From a virus (taxonomy: Duplodnaviria; Heunggongvirae; Uroviricota; Caudoviricetes), in the IMG/VR virus record IMGVR_UViG_3300007770_000878: 64,000 nucleotides of DNA; one strand, 5' to 3'. Below the pieces are notes generated by a model. It was not told the origin of the DNA. It worked only from the letters and a program-made list of their open reading frames with translations, and searched no databases. Position 1 is the first letter of the stretch. Every line of letters starts with the position of its first letter. This document shows positions 56,010 to 63,939 of this stretch, one piece after another. The position numbers were made by a program, and so were the translations under genes.

Positions 56010-56060
56010 CTGATAGCTAAAAAAAGGGGAGAACCAAAGCGACTGCCTGGCTAACTCCCC
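56010..56060 (-). promoter_or_regulatory. conserved 18-nt motif copy 3 plus adjacent hairpin ('GGGGAG...CTCCCC')
   Basis: 'ctgatagctaaaaaaagg' then 'ggagaaccaaagcgactgcctggctaactcccc'. It lies 73 nt upstream of the start of the 1533-aa gene. The intervening sequence contains 'GCTATAATC'. Confidence 0.55.
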
Positions 56061-56069
56061 GGCTGGCTA

Positions 56070-56369
56070 CTAGAAGATCGCCTTGCCTGTAGCAGCGTGA
56101 CAATGCTTCTCCAATTGAGTTCGTTGGTGGGAAATGGTCCGCTGCTGCTCCTGGGCAACACGCTCCGCCTCCTTCAAACGGGTTAACAGCTTACCAAGTG
56201 CCCGCTCCTGGCGTACCGTGTGCTTAACCAACTCGTCAAGCAAGTTTGGGCCAGTCATAGGGGCTTCAAGCTGCCCCTGTAGCTCGCTTGGCTGCAAAAT
56301 ATCGTGAATCATCAGACTACCTCTGCCATTGTGTATAAAAGGGAGCAGCCCTCCAGTTAATCCTGGCAA
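56070..56369 (-). CDS. hypothetical protein (99 aa)
   Basis: ORF. Confidence 0.4.
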   Translation of the reverse strand: MPGLTGGLLPFIHNGRGSLMIHDILQPSELQGQLEAPMTGPNLLDELVKHTVRQERALGKLLTRLKEAERVAQEQQRTISHQRTQLEKHCHAATGKAIF

Positions 56370-56436
56370 GGCCCTCAGCGAAGGCCCCGTTAAACGGCAC
56401 CGCTCCCCCGCACACTTGGCGTCAAATGGATTAAAA

Positions 56437-56730
56437 TTAGTCTAGCTCGATCACCTGGTCGGACATGCCCGTCCAGTATTTCTTCCTGAACGCCAGCATC
56501 ACGAGAGCCGACGGGCGACAGATACTCGCGACGTCCTCCTTGAACGCCAGCATCTCTTCCTGCATAAAAATGACTGGCTCGGTTGTGAAGCTGCCGCCGC
56601 TTTGGTGCTTGACCCAACCCTTGATAGCGTCGATTTGGGCGTCGTAGTCCTCAGCAGGTATGTCCAGCTCGAACCGGCGAAGGTAAACGCCATCCTCGTC
56701 CCCCCAAGCCGCGAGTGCCTTGGTAGCCAT
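56437..56730 (-). CDS. hypothetical protein (97 aa), preceded by conserved leader module
   Basis: ORF. The upstream leader 'CCAATAAGCGACCAAGGAATT' is shared with two other genes. Confidence 0.4.
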   Translation of the reverse strand: MATKALAAWGDEDGVYLRRFELDIPAEDYDAQIDAIKGWVKHQSGGSFTTEPVIFMQEEMLAFKEDVASICRPSALVMLAFRKKYWTGMSDQVIELD

Positions 56731-56760
56731 AATCCGTCCTCTCCTTAGGGTTTACTGCAA

Positions 56761-56785
56761 TTCCTTGGTCGCTTATTGGGTTGAA
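56761..56785 (-). promoter_or_regulatory. conserved 5' leader element copy 1 ('ttccttggtcgcttattgggttgaa' on plus; 'TTCAACCCAATAAGCGACCAAGGAA' in gene sense)
   Basis: Same about 24-nt element upstream of three minus-strand starts, with SD 'AAGGAG' at its 3' end. Here it is preceded (minus sense) by T6 and a long inverted repeat, 'GGCCAGTCTCAAGT' at about 56835-56848 paired with 'ACTTGAGACTGGCC' at about 56941-56954. Confidence 0.5.
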
Positions 56786-57108
56786 ATGAGCACCGCTCCC
56801 CGAATTAGTCGCCTGACGTAGAAAAAAGGCCAGTCTCAAGTTTAGCCTACCACTCGTTCCCCATAGCCGCAGCAGTACATACGTGTGAAGGGGGTTAGCC
56901 TTCGGAATACCGCTGACCGACTACGTATCCCAAGCAGACACCACTTGAGACTGGCCCTGGATCGCACTTTAGCTTTCCGTAGCTCGCCCGCCACTGGCGG
57001 GTGGGTGTTTTGTCCGGCACCCAGATGACGTACCGGCCTCCGTGCTCACCTGGCCGTGCTGCGTATTATCGGCGGGGACCTAACACAGTACGGCTTTACG
57101 CTCGTAGA

Positions 57109-57612
57109 CTATGCGTACCACGCCGCCGTAGCATCTACCTCGTACTGCGTTCTACCACGTAACCTCACCTCGCAACGACGTGGCTTTGTGCGAATACCAG
57201 TTGATGACAATCCATCAAATACAAGCACGTTGGCGTAACCGTCCCACTCCTCGAAATCCACTGGATGAGCGAAATCCCAACCAGCCGGAATGCCGTGAGC
57301 AAGACCACCCCAGTAAAACATGGGACGAATCGCTCCTGAAACAAACGTAGGAGCCGGTATGCAGTCGTAATGCAATACCAGCCTGTCCTCGCGTCCGCCA
57401 ATGTCCCGCAAAAACGCTGCTACCGTGTCTACTGTCTCCACTGGACAAAGCGGACCATCCAACACCTCAGGATGTGTTGCTAACCACCTATCCACAGCAG
57501 CATTCAATAGCTCCCTCCGTGTCGCTACCATGTAACCACCTCGTGTGTAAGGACTTGTGTAGAAAAAAGAAAGAGAGGGCATGCATCGCAGCACTAGCCT
57601 CGCTTGGATCAA
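57109..57612 (-). CDS. hypothetical protein (167 aa)
   Basis: ORF. Contains a degenerate 'TRRELL' but no hydrophobic h-region. Confidence 0.4.
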   Translation of the reverse strand: MIQARLVLRCMPSLSFFYTSPYTRGGYMVATRRELLNAAVDRWLATHPEVLDGPLCPVETVDTVAAFLRDIGGREDRLVLHYDCIPAPTFVSGAIRPMFYWGGLAHGIPAGWDFAHPVDFEEWDGYANVLVFDGLSSTGIRTKPRRCEVRLRGRTQYEVDATAAWYA

Positions 57613-57613
57613 A

Positions 57614-58174
57614 CTAGACTATTAGACCAACTGACCTGGCGACGCCTTGAAGATCTCTCCAGTAACCAATCCTCGTGTAGTTGGCGTCGAAACTCTTGAC
57701 GTGGTTGTGATGATCGCGAATATCGATCGGCAACGCCGCCGCTGATGCTGTACGCCTAATCGCACTAAACTTAGGGCAGAAACGGAATCTACCCTGTGCA
57801 TCGAAACACCAATCAAGCGGGTGCGGCGTGTGTTCGACCCAAGCGGCACGTTCTGATGTTCCGTAAGGAGCGTAGTACCGTGCCTGGCGAATGTGCGAAC
57901 GGCGATAGTGATACGATGCAGCGTGTGCAACGGCCAACTTCAACAGGACGTGGAGTTGGCCGTCGCGTTCGTCGTATGTCTCGGTAACCTTGAATATGTC
58001 CAGTACCTCGGAAAACGCGTAGCTGTCAATGTCAATGCGTAACGCCAAATAGCCTAGGGCAGGTTTGCACGGCTTCTGGACAGCACCTTCGACCAATGGT
58101 GTAGTTGCCAAGATCGGAACTGCCGCCAAAGCAGCTGCAGTTCCTTTGAGCATGTCTCTGCGTGTTGTTTCCAT
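57614..58174 (-). CDS. Tat-signal secreted protein, family member D (track ORF 57614..58240; likely start 'METTRRDMLKG')
   Basis: 'METTRRDMLKGTAAALAAVPILATTPLVEGA' is a twin-arginine motif plus h-region plus AxA-like site. Shares 'GYLAL' and 'WCFDAQGRFRFCP' with members A and B. Confidence 0.55.
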   Translation of the reverse strand: METTRRDMLKGTAAALAAVPILATTPLVEGAVQKPCKPALGYLALRIDIDSYAFSEVLDIFKVTETYDERDGQLHVLLKLAVAHAASYHYRRSHIRQARYYAPYGTSERAAWVEHTPHPLDWCFDAQGRFRFCPKFSAIRRTASAAALPIDIRDHHNHVKSFDANYTRIGYWRDLQGVARSVGLIV

Positions 58175-58191
58175 ACTGTTGAACTCCTTCG

Positions 58192-58231
58192 TTTGGATCA
58201 TGTTGTTGTGGGAAAAAGTGGTGTCTTTTTC
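58192..58231 (-). promoter_or_regulatory. perfect 17-bp inverted repeat hairpin immediately upstream of the SD/start of Tat member D
   Basis: 'gttgttgtgggaaaaag tggtgt ctttttcccacaacaac'. In gene sense this is followed by 'ATGATCCAAACGAAGGAGTTCAACAGTATG', related to the 'ATCCAA...AAGGAGTTCA' leader consensus. Confidence 0.5.
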
Positions 58232-58262
58232 CCACAACAACTGTAACCGCTACGACCTGGCG

Positions 58263-58895
58263 TCAAGCACCGCGACCAAGTATGTGATCGCTTACGCCCA
58301 AGTACATGCTCGCCGCTGCCTGCTTCTCAGAAAGCATCGTCCAAGCGTGCAACGCACCACACTCTTTGTATCGCTCAAGATACTGCGTGACTGCTTTGGG
58401 CAACTGCTCACCGTCAAGCAGACTGCCTTGTGCTTTGCTGGCCTTGAAGTACAAACGATGGCTGGCAATGTCGTAATGCCAGCCGTTTGGATCAACGTTG
58501 TTGCCGTGAAGCAAATGCTCGAGCCACAAGACCTTGACGCCGCCAAGCCTCGTGGATAAAGGATACGGCCGGTAATGAGCACACCATCGCACGTCGTTCT
58601 TGAGATAGTACTGCAAGTTGTGCTCGTACAAAACGCGTTTTGGGAAGCGTGGGCCAGTCAAACCAGCCTCTACGCACAACCGCGTGGCCCAAACACCGAT
58701 CATCGTCTCGTACTGGCCAACCGGAACATCCGATGACACCAGTAGAATGCCTTCCGGCAATTCTGACATCAGTTCGTTAACCTTAGCTTGCGGCGAAGAG
58801 CTGGCCTGGGCCGATGGTGTAGTTGCCAAGATCGGACCTGCAACCAACGCTGCCGCCGAAGCCTTGATCATCTCTCTGCGTGTTGTTTCCACAAC
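58263..58895 (-). CDS. Tat-signal secreted protein, family member C (track ORF 58263..58961; likely GTG start 'VETTRREMIK' with SD GGAGGA)
   Basis: 'ETTRREMIKASAAALVAGPILATTPSAQA'. Confidence 0.5.
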   Translation of the reverse strand, partial: VVETTRREMIKASAAALVAGPILATTPSAQASSSPQAKVNELMSELPEGILLVSSDVPVGQYETMIGVWATRLCVEAGLTGPRFPKRVLYEHNLQYYLKNDVRWCAHYRPYPLSTRLGGVKVLWLEHLLHGNNVDPNGWHYDIASHRLYFKASKAQGSLLDGEQLPKAVTQYLERYKECGALHAWTMLSEKQAAASMYLGVSDHILGRGA

Positions 58896-58942
58896 GTCCT
58901 CCATTTCGTAAGTGTATACCAGAACAACTAGCGTCGTCGGCC

Positions 58943-59476
58943 CTAAAGCGATTCGTACCAAGCCTTTTGCTCAGCAACCTCCTGTTCCGATTCCGGTTCG
59001 GGCTCAGGCTCCGACGGACTATTTAGGTCTAGCCCAGACTGATACGCGTCTGATGCTTGGCCCAACGTGGCGAGCAAGATGCACAACACACGACCGATAG
59101 TGACACGAGGCAGGCCTGACGACTCCATCATACGGCCCCGAAAAACAGGCAGCTCCACACGGAATTTACGAAGTGCTGTTGTTAGCGAGTGGTGGTTGGC
59201 TTTCAACAGCTCGGGACGATACTCCCCTGTTTCGTTCATAACTTTGGCCAAAAGCTCTACCAGCTGCACCCATTCGGCAAGTTCGGTGCCTAGATAGGCC
59301 AGAGCCTGTGCGTCTGACAGCTGGACCGCCGTCAGCTCCTTGTCGGTAAGCTTGTCAACTAGGTGCAGCTCGTCAATGCTCCCAAGACCCGATCGAGTGA
59401 CCGCGTCAGTCGCCAAACGAGCCCGTAAACCCTCAAGAGTCGAATCAGTATTTGAGTAGATCGCGTAAATATTCAT
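58943..59476 (-). CDS. hypothetical cytoplasmic protein (177 aa) interleaved in the Tat-family array
   Basis: ORF with no signal peptide. Preceded by the conserved hairpin + leader. Confidence 0.45.
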   Translation of the reverse strand: MNIYAIYSNTDSTLEGLRARLATDAVTRSGLGSIDELHLVDKLTDKELTAVQLSDAQALAYLGTELAEWVQLVELLAKVMNETGEYRPELLKANHHSLTTALRKFRVELPVFRGRMMESSGLPRVTIGRVLCILLATLGQASDAYQSGLDLNSPSEPEPEPESEQEVAEQKAWYESL

Positions 59477-59486
59477 GTCGCAGCAA

Positions 59487-59556
59487 CTCCTTGGTCGCTT
59501 GTCGGATTAGAGCACAGCACGCCTGCAAACTACGTCGTAAGCAAAACGTGCTGTGC
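59487..59556 (-). promoter_or_regulatory. conserved leader element copy 2 plus upstream 10-bp hairpin ('GCACAGCACG...CGTGCTGTGC')
   Basis: 'ctccttggtcgcttgtcggattag' directly before ATG 59476. The hairpin is at about 59512-59556. Confidence 0.5.
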
Positions 59557-59583
59557 CTCTCCTGGCTTCACGCCTTGCGGCTG

Positions 59584-60249
59584 CTAGCCGTTGTACACCA
59601 TTGGATTAAAATGTGTACTCCACGCTGACGTGACTGCAACGTTGCGAAGATGCCTAACCATCGTCGCTGGCAGCTCCTCGCGAGTCAGCAGACGCCTGTT
59701 GGGCGGACGTTTGCTGACTAAAACCCTGCCATCGAATAGATCGCGGCGACGGTAATAGGGATCGAAGCAAAAATGCTCGCCTTCCCACCACCAACGGTCG
59801 GAATACCTGTGGAACTTGTACTCTAGAAACGTGTCAACGGCCTTGCCTGGCCATTTGTGACTGCTCTGAGGTAGGAAGTGGTAGTACCAAGTGACGACGT
59901 CGATATCTTGGTCCCGAAACCACCAGCTCGTGCTCTTTGATGACCACAGCTCTACTTTTAGGTAGCCGTGGTGACTGTGGGGCGTAGCCCTTACCGCAGG
60001 CATCACCTTTTTCGACGAGAATATGCTCGTGGCTTTGCCTTGCAACAAACCATAAGCACAGGCCCTGTCGTCAGTGCCGAGCAGTAAGTAGCCTTGCTTG
60101 CCGGGGCAGCCCGATGTAACCCTTGGCCCTAGCTTTGTTGTGAATTCGTCGTGGTGGTGGGCCTGTACCAACGACGTCGCTGTTGCGAGAGAGCCAGCAA
60201 CCAACGCGGCGGCTGTGCCCTTGATCATTTCTCTACGTGTTGTTTCCAT
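59584..60249 (-). CDS. Tat-signal secreted protein, family member B (221 aa)
   Basis: 'METTRREMIKGTAAALVAGSLATATSLVQA'. The mature part shares 'GYLLL', 'FSSKKV', 'WW..D..FCFDP' and 'PPNRRLLTREEL' with member A. Confidence 0.55.
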   Translation of the reverse strand: METTRREMIKGTAAALVAGSLATATSLVQAHHHDEFTTKLGPRVTSGCPGKQGYLLLGTDDRACAYGLLQGKATSIFSSKKVMPAVRATPHSHHGYLKVELWSSKSTSWWFRDQDIDVVTWYYHFLPQSSHKWPGKAVDTFLEYKFHRYSDRWWWEGEHFCFDPYYRRRDLFDGRVLVSKRPPNRRLLTREELPATMVRHLRNVAVTSAWSTHFNPMVYNG

Positions 60250-60302
60250 ACGATTAGATTCCTATTTTGTTGTGACGTTCGGGTGCCGACGACGGCTAGT
60301 CT

Positions 60303-60911
60303 TCAGCTTATCGCATACGTGGGATCAAGCTCAGCATCTAGCGTTATGCGATTAGGAGGATAGCTGAGCACCGTAGTTGTCATTTGGTACGTGTCCACCC
60401 TCGTCAGATGCGTTCGCACGCAACCCGGCAACCGCTCACGGGAGCGGAACGAGTGGCACGCAGAACTGCCTTGTGGTTCAAAGCAAAACGTATCGTCTCG
60501 CCACCACCACGCGGACAAACTGGGCAGTCGGTATTCAACCCAAACCTCACTCACCCAGTTCCGCTCAGGAAGGTGAGCGTACCAACGAGCTTCTACAATC
60601 CCCAGTGCTCGCAGTATTCGGGGGTACGTGGTGTCAGCAAGTTGCACCTCCCGGTGAAACCGGCGACCAGGTATGCCGCAGTGCGTTGAGCACACGGCTT
60701 TAGATGAGAATACGCCCACCGCTTTGGCAGGAGCATCTCGGCGTTCAGCCGACAATAGCACAAGATAGCCGTTGTGCATGTTTATCGGTTGAACACGCAC
60801 TCGGCCAACGGCTGCGGGTGCACATCCTTGAACTTGTGTGGCAGCTAAAACCGGACCAGCGGCCAACGCGGCTAGACTGCCCTTTATCATCTCTCGCCGT
60901 GTTGTCTTCAT
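60303..60911 (-). CDS. Tat-signal secreted protein, family member A (202 aa)
   Basis: 'MKTTRREMIKGSLAALAAGPVLAATQVQG'. Preceded by the conserved hairpin + leader. Confidence 0.55.
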   Translation of the reverse strand: MKTTRREMIKGSLAALAAGPVLAATQVQGCAPAAVGRVRVQPINMHNGYLVLLSAERRDAPAKAVGVFSSKAVCSTHCGIPGRRFHREVQLADTTYPRILRALGIVEARWYAHLPERNWVSEVWVEYRLPSLSAWWWRDDTFCFEPQGSSACHSFRSRERLPGCVRTHLTRVDTYQMTTTVLSYPPNRITLDAELDPTYAIS

Positions 60912-60912
60912 G

Positions 60913-60982
60913 CTGAACTCCTTGGTCGCTTATTGGATTAAAGCCAGGGCGTACGGAGCAATAAACGCACGCCCTGGCCGCA
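60913..60982 (-). promoter_or_regulatory. conserved leader element copy 3 plus upstream 9-bp hairpin ('CCAGGGCGT...ACGCCCTGG')
   Basis: 'gctgaactccttggtcgcttattggattaaag' directly before the start of Tat member A. The hairpin is at about 60945-60980. Confidence 0.5.
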
Positions 60983-61159
60983 ATATGCAACAATTGGGTT
61001 GCTGAGTGTCTACACAACACAAAGCATGCTGCATACTGATTTGAAAGCCAAGCCAGGCGTCGTGAACACACCTGCCTTGGCAACAAAGTACGTAGCCGAT
61101 GGATAGACCATCCGTGCTAACAGACACAAATGGTGCGACTACGCACCTGTACGTAAGTA

Positions 61160-61200
61160 AAGAAACAAAGGCTGGGCGGTTTTAGGCCGCCCAGCCCGAA
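61160..61200 (-). terminator. intrinsic-terminator-like hairpin (minus-strand sense)
   Basis: Plus 'aagtaaagaaacaaaggctgggcggttttaggccgcccagcc'. In minus orientation a 10-bp GC stem 'GGCTGGGCGG/CCGCCCAGCC' is followed by 'TTTGTTTCTTTACTT'. Confidence 0.55.
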
Positions 61201-61424
61201 ACGAGGTGCCGCCGGAGAGAGGAGAGTGTTACCTGTCCTTGGCTCCATCGACAGCTGACGTGCACTGACACCGTGTGTTCAACTGTCCACTTCCAGATCC
61301 TACCTACGCCTAACACTGCAAGCAGCACGGCGAAACAGTTACCACTGGAGAAACGTTGAACGGCTCAGCTCGCAAAGCCGATCGTCTGTGCCCGCCCATC
61401 CTGATGCGAAACAACAATGATTGG

Positions 61425-61841
61425 CTATACTGCACAGCTACTACACAGCCGCACATCCTCTCCGACACTGCGGTTAGTAACGGAGAGACGGCTGCCGCAC
61501 TCTTGGCAAGCGGGATGCAACGTACTAAGTCGTAACCAGTTTAGGTTGGATCCTTGTCCTGGCCATTTCTGAAAACAGTGCTCGATGACTCGCTGACGGT
61601 AGTCTTCTGTCTCCAACGTCAGGTTATCGAACATGTAGGCGTAACGCTTAGCGGTGTCCAGGGCTATGTCAGCCTTGTCCGCCGAGTCCGCCTCACGCAA
61701 ACAATTTAACATAACGTAACCATCGCCCTCGGCGTCTCGTTCCAGTAGATACTGGACGATAGCCTTAACCTCGCGGCGGGCTGCTCGCATCTCGTCGGCT
61801 AGCCTTACAAATGGTTGAACCGGCATTCTGCTCCTCCTCAT
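61425..61841 (-). CDS. hypothetical protein with C-terminal zinc ribbon (138 aa)
   Basis: 'CQECGSRLSV...CSSCAV'. Confidence 0.4.
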   Translation of the reverse strand: MRRSRMPVQPFVRLADEMRAARREVKAIVQYLLERDAEGDGYVMLNCLREADSADKADIALDTAKRYAYMFDNLTLETEDYRQRVIEHCFQKWPGQGSNLNWLRLSTLHPACQECGSRLSVTNRSVGEDVRLCSSCAV

Positions 61842-62107
61842 AGGTACTGGGGTCTAGCAAGCAGCTGCTTGCTAATCGCAACGTTCGTCAAAAGCCCCGC
61901 CAGAGCGGTAGGGCTTACCTCGCTCTGGTAGATCCTCTTGAGCAGTTGGGGCTTGGCCCTCGAACTGCCCGTTGACGACAAGCCTGCCGGAACACGTGTA
62001 GTGTGGGCAGGCTTGCACAAGAAAACGATAACCGCCGGATACGCGGTACTCACGCCTGCATGTATCGCAGACAAACTCTCGTGTGGAAATGGTAACAACT
62101 CCTTTTG

Positions 62108-62815
62108 TTAGTATGCTTCGCCGGTCCACCAACCGTCCTCGACTGCCTCATCGACCCAGCGGTACAGTTCGTAATACAACGGGCCGGGAACAGGCAAGTT
62201 GCCGGTCTTGAACACTCCGACGAGTATTGGGTCAGGATCAGGAATACGCGTGACCAGCACGTCGTTCGGAACCCACCACACCTCGCAGCTGTCAAACAGA
62301 GCCCTGCTGGCTGTGTATGCCGACATGGCCGCTGCGGGTGGACTCGGTGTCTTGGCGGTCACTTTACACGCACCACAGTCCGACTTTTCCATGACTTGGA
62401 ACGGTGCAGGCAGTGGGGCTCTGAAAATTAGTGGCACCTTCACTACCTTGTTGCCGTACCGTGCCTCACGCTTGAGGCTGCCATCAAGCGTGACCCTCCG
62501 AAACCGCTCCTCGGCGTTGGTGACAGCGATGGCCCGCTCACGGTTTACGTCTAGTCTCGATTGCAAGTCACCGAGCAGACTGTTAGTTACTTCTCGCTCG
62601 GCACTAGTGATCGTGTCCAACTTCTCTGTAACGCTTTGTATCTTCTCCAAGACAGGGCTGCCGACAGGCTCTGCTTCCGCAATGCCTAGTGCAGATAGAT
62701 CGTCCATCCTTGCTCTCCTCGAGTTGGTGTGTAGAAATACAAAAGGGGTGGCTCGAAAGCCAAACATACGCGGCGTGTTAAGACATCCTTGCCAGCCCCT
62801 TTCGACGTATCGCAC
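62108..62815 (-). CDS. hypothetical protein (235 aa)
   Basis: ORF. Confidence 0.4.
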   Translation of the reverse strand: MRYVERGWQGCLNTPRMFGFRATPFVFLHTNSRRARMDDLSALGIAEAEPVGSPVLEKIQSVTEKLDTITSAEREVTNSLLGDLQSRLDVNRERAIAVTNAEERFRRVTLDGSLKREARYGNKVVKVPLIFRAPLPAPFQVMEKSDCGACKVTAKTPSPPAAAMSAYTASRALFDSCEVWWVPNDVLVTRIPDPDPILVGVFKTGNLPVPGPLYYELYRWVDEAVEDGWWTGEAY

Positions 62816-62824
62816 GTAGCCGTG

Positions 62825-63052
62825 CTAAGGGCTACTCGACGTACTCGTTTGTGGTTCCACGGCAGTTGAGAATCGCCGTATGTACTTACCAAAGCAAAGC
62901 AACGCTACGGCAATGACTACTACCGCGATGGTGTAGCACATGTTGCTAACAGCGTACGCGTGCTCCGGCTCTACCGTTTTCTTGTGCGGCTTGCTAGGTG
63001 GTGGTCCACTGCGAAGCTGCCCAAAAAAGCCATCGTTATCCAAATCGGTCAT
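62825..63052 (-). CDS. small membrane protein (75 aa)
   Basis: C-terminal TM 'IAVVVIAVALLCFG'. SD 'AGGAG' sits inside the repeated 'CTACGCCTAA..GCAAGCAGCACG' element upstream. Confidence 0.35.
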   Translation of the reverse strand: MTDLDNDGFFGQLRSGPPPSKPHKKTVEPEHAYAVSNMCYTIAVVVIAVALLCFGKYIRRFSTAVEPQTSTSSSP

Positions 63053-63168
63053 ATAGGCATCTCCTACGCCTAAGAATACGCAAGCAGCACGCCTGGCCGG
63101 ATGTCCGGCCTTTGCTGTTGTTTGGTGGAACGCAGGCGGAACGCCAGGCGTGCTGCAACAGAATTGGT

Positions 63169-63939
63169 TTAGTCCTCAGCCGCTAGGGCCTCAGCCTTGA
63201 CGTAATACTTCTCTTCAAACTTCTCGTGCTCCTCCTTAGCGATGACGCGGCATCGGACCATCGCGTTGTTAGCCCCGTCTCTGTGGGAGTTCCACATGTG
63301 TCGCACATGTATCCTGGCTAGCTCGAGCCGTTCGAAATGGCGGCTGGCGTCAACGTTGGCAAGCAGATGCTTAGTCAGCTTGTCGTCTGCGTCCATGAGA
63401 GCTATGTCAACGTCCAGGTTAAGCATGAACGTCTCGACCTCCGCTGGCGGTAACTTATACACCGTGCCGATGTCCTGGTGCTTGCTTAACCACTTTACCG
63501 CAGACGCTTGAGGGTCGTGATTGGCGTACCAAGCCAGGGCTGTTTGCACTTTGTCAACGAGGGCCATTTCTTGCACAGAGGCCATAACGATGTCACCGTC
63601 GCCGCCAAGTGCGGGGCGGGAAACCGGTATTGCCACCTCGTGCTGATTTCTCGAGTGAGACTGTACGCCTGCCTGCACCCTGGCAAGCTGCCGGGAGCGT
63701 TTGAACGCTTGCTCCTCCATCTCGTCGAAGTGCTGTACAAGGAACTCGTCCTTGGGATACAGCTCGAACTCACCAGTCTCGGAGTCTGTTCTACCGTAAC
63801 CCTCGTCCGTCAGCTGTTGAAGCAGTTGGATGTAAGGGTTGGGCCACAATTGGGTTTTGGCGATGTTGACGCCCATTGCACCGATGATTAGTCCGATGAC
63901 ACAAAAGACGAACCCAAAACGCGATGCGTAGCTGTTCAT
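63169..63939 (-). CDS. hypothetical protein with N-terminal TM (256 aa)
   Basis: 'FGFVFCVIGLIIGAMGV' then a soluble domain. Confidence 0.45.
   Translation of the reverse strand: MNSYASRFGFVFCVIGLIIGAMGVNIAKTQLWPNPYIQLLQQLTDEGYGRTDSETGEFELYPKDEFLVQHFDEMEEQAFKRSRQLARVQAGVQSHSRNQHEVAIPVSRPALGGDGDIVMASVQEMALVDKVQTALAWYANHDPQASAVKWLSKHQDIGTVYKLPPAEVETFMLNLDVDIALMDADDKLTKHLLANVDASRHFERLELARIHVRHMWNSHRDGANNAMVRCRVIAKEEHEKFEEKYYVKAEALAAED

Noticed and set aside
55990-56010. 'GCTATAATC' (sigma70-like -10) upstream of the giant gene
   Set aside because: An isolated hexamer with no -35 at proper spacing. Possibly a chance match, mentioned only as context for motif copy 3.
57109-57612. Fifth Tat-family member (contains 'TRRELL')
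   Set aside because: No hydrophobic h-region follows the RR motif and no shared mature-domain motifs, so it was kept as a generic hypothetical.
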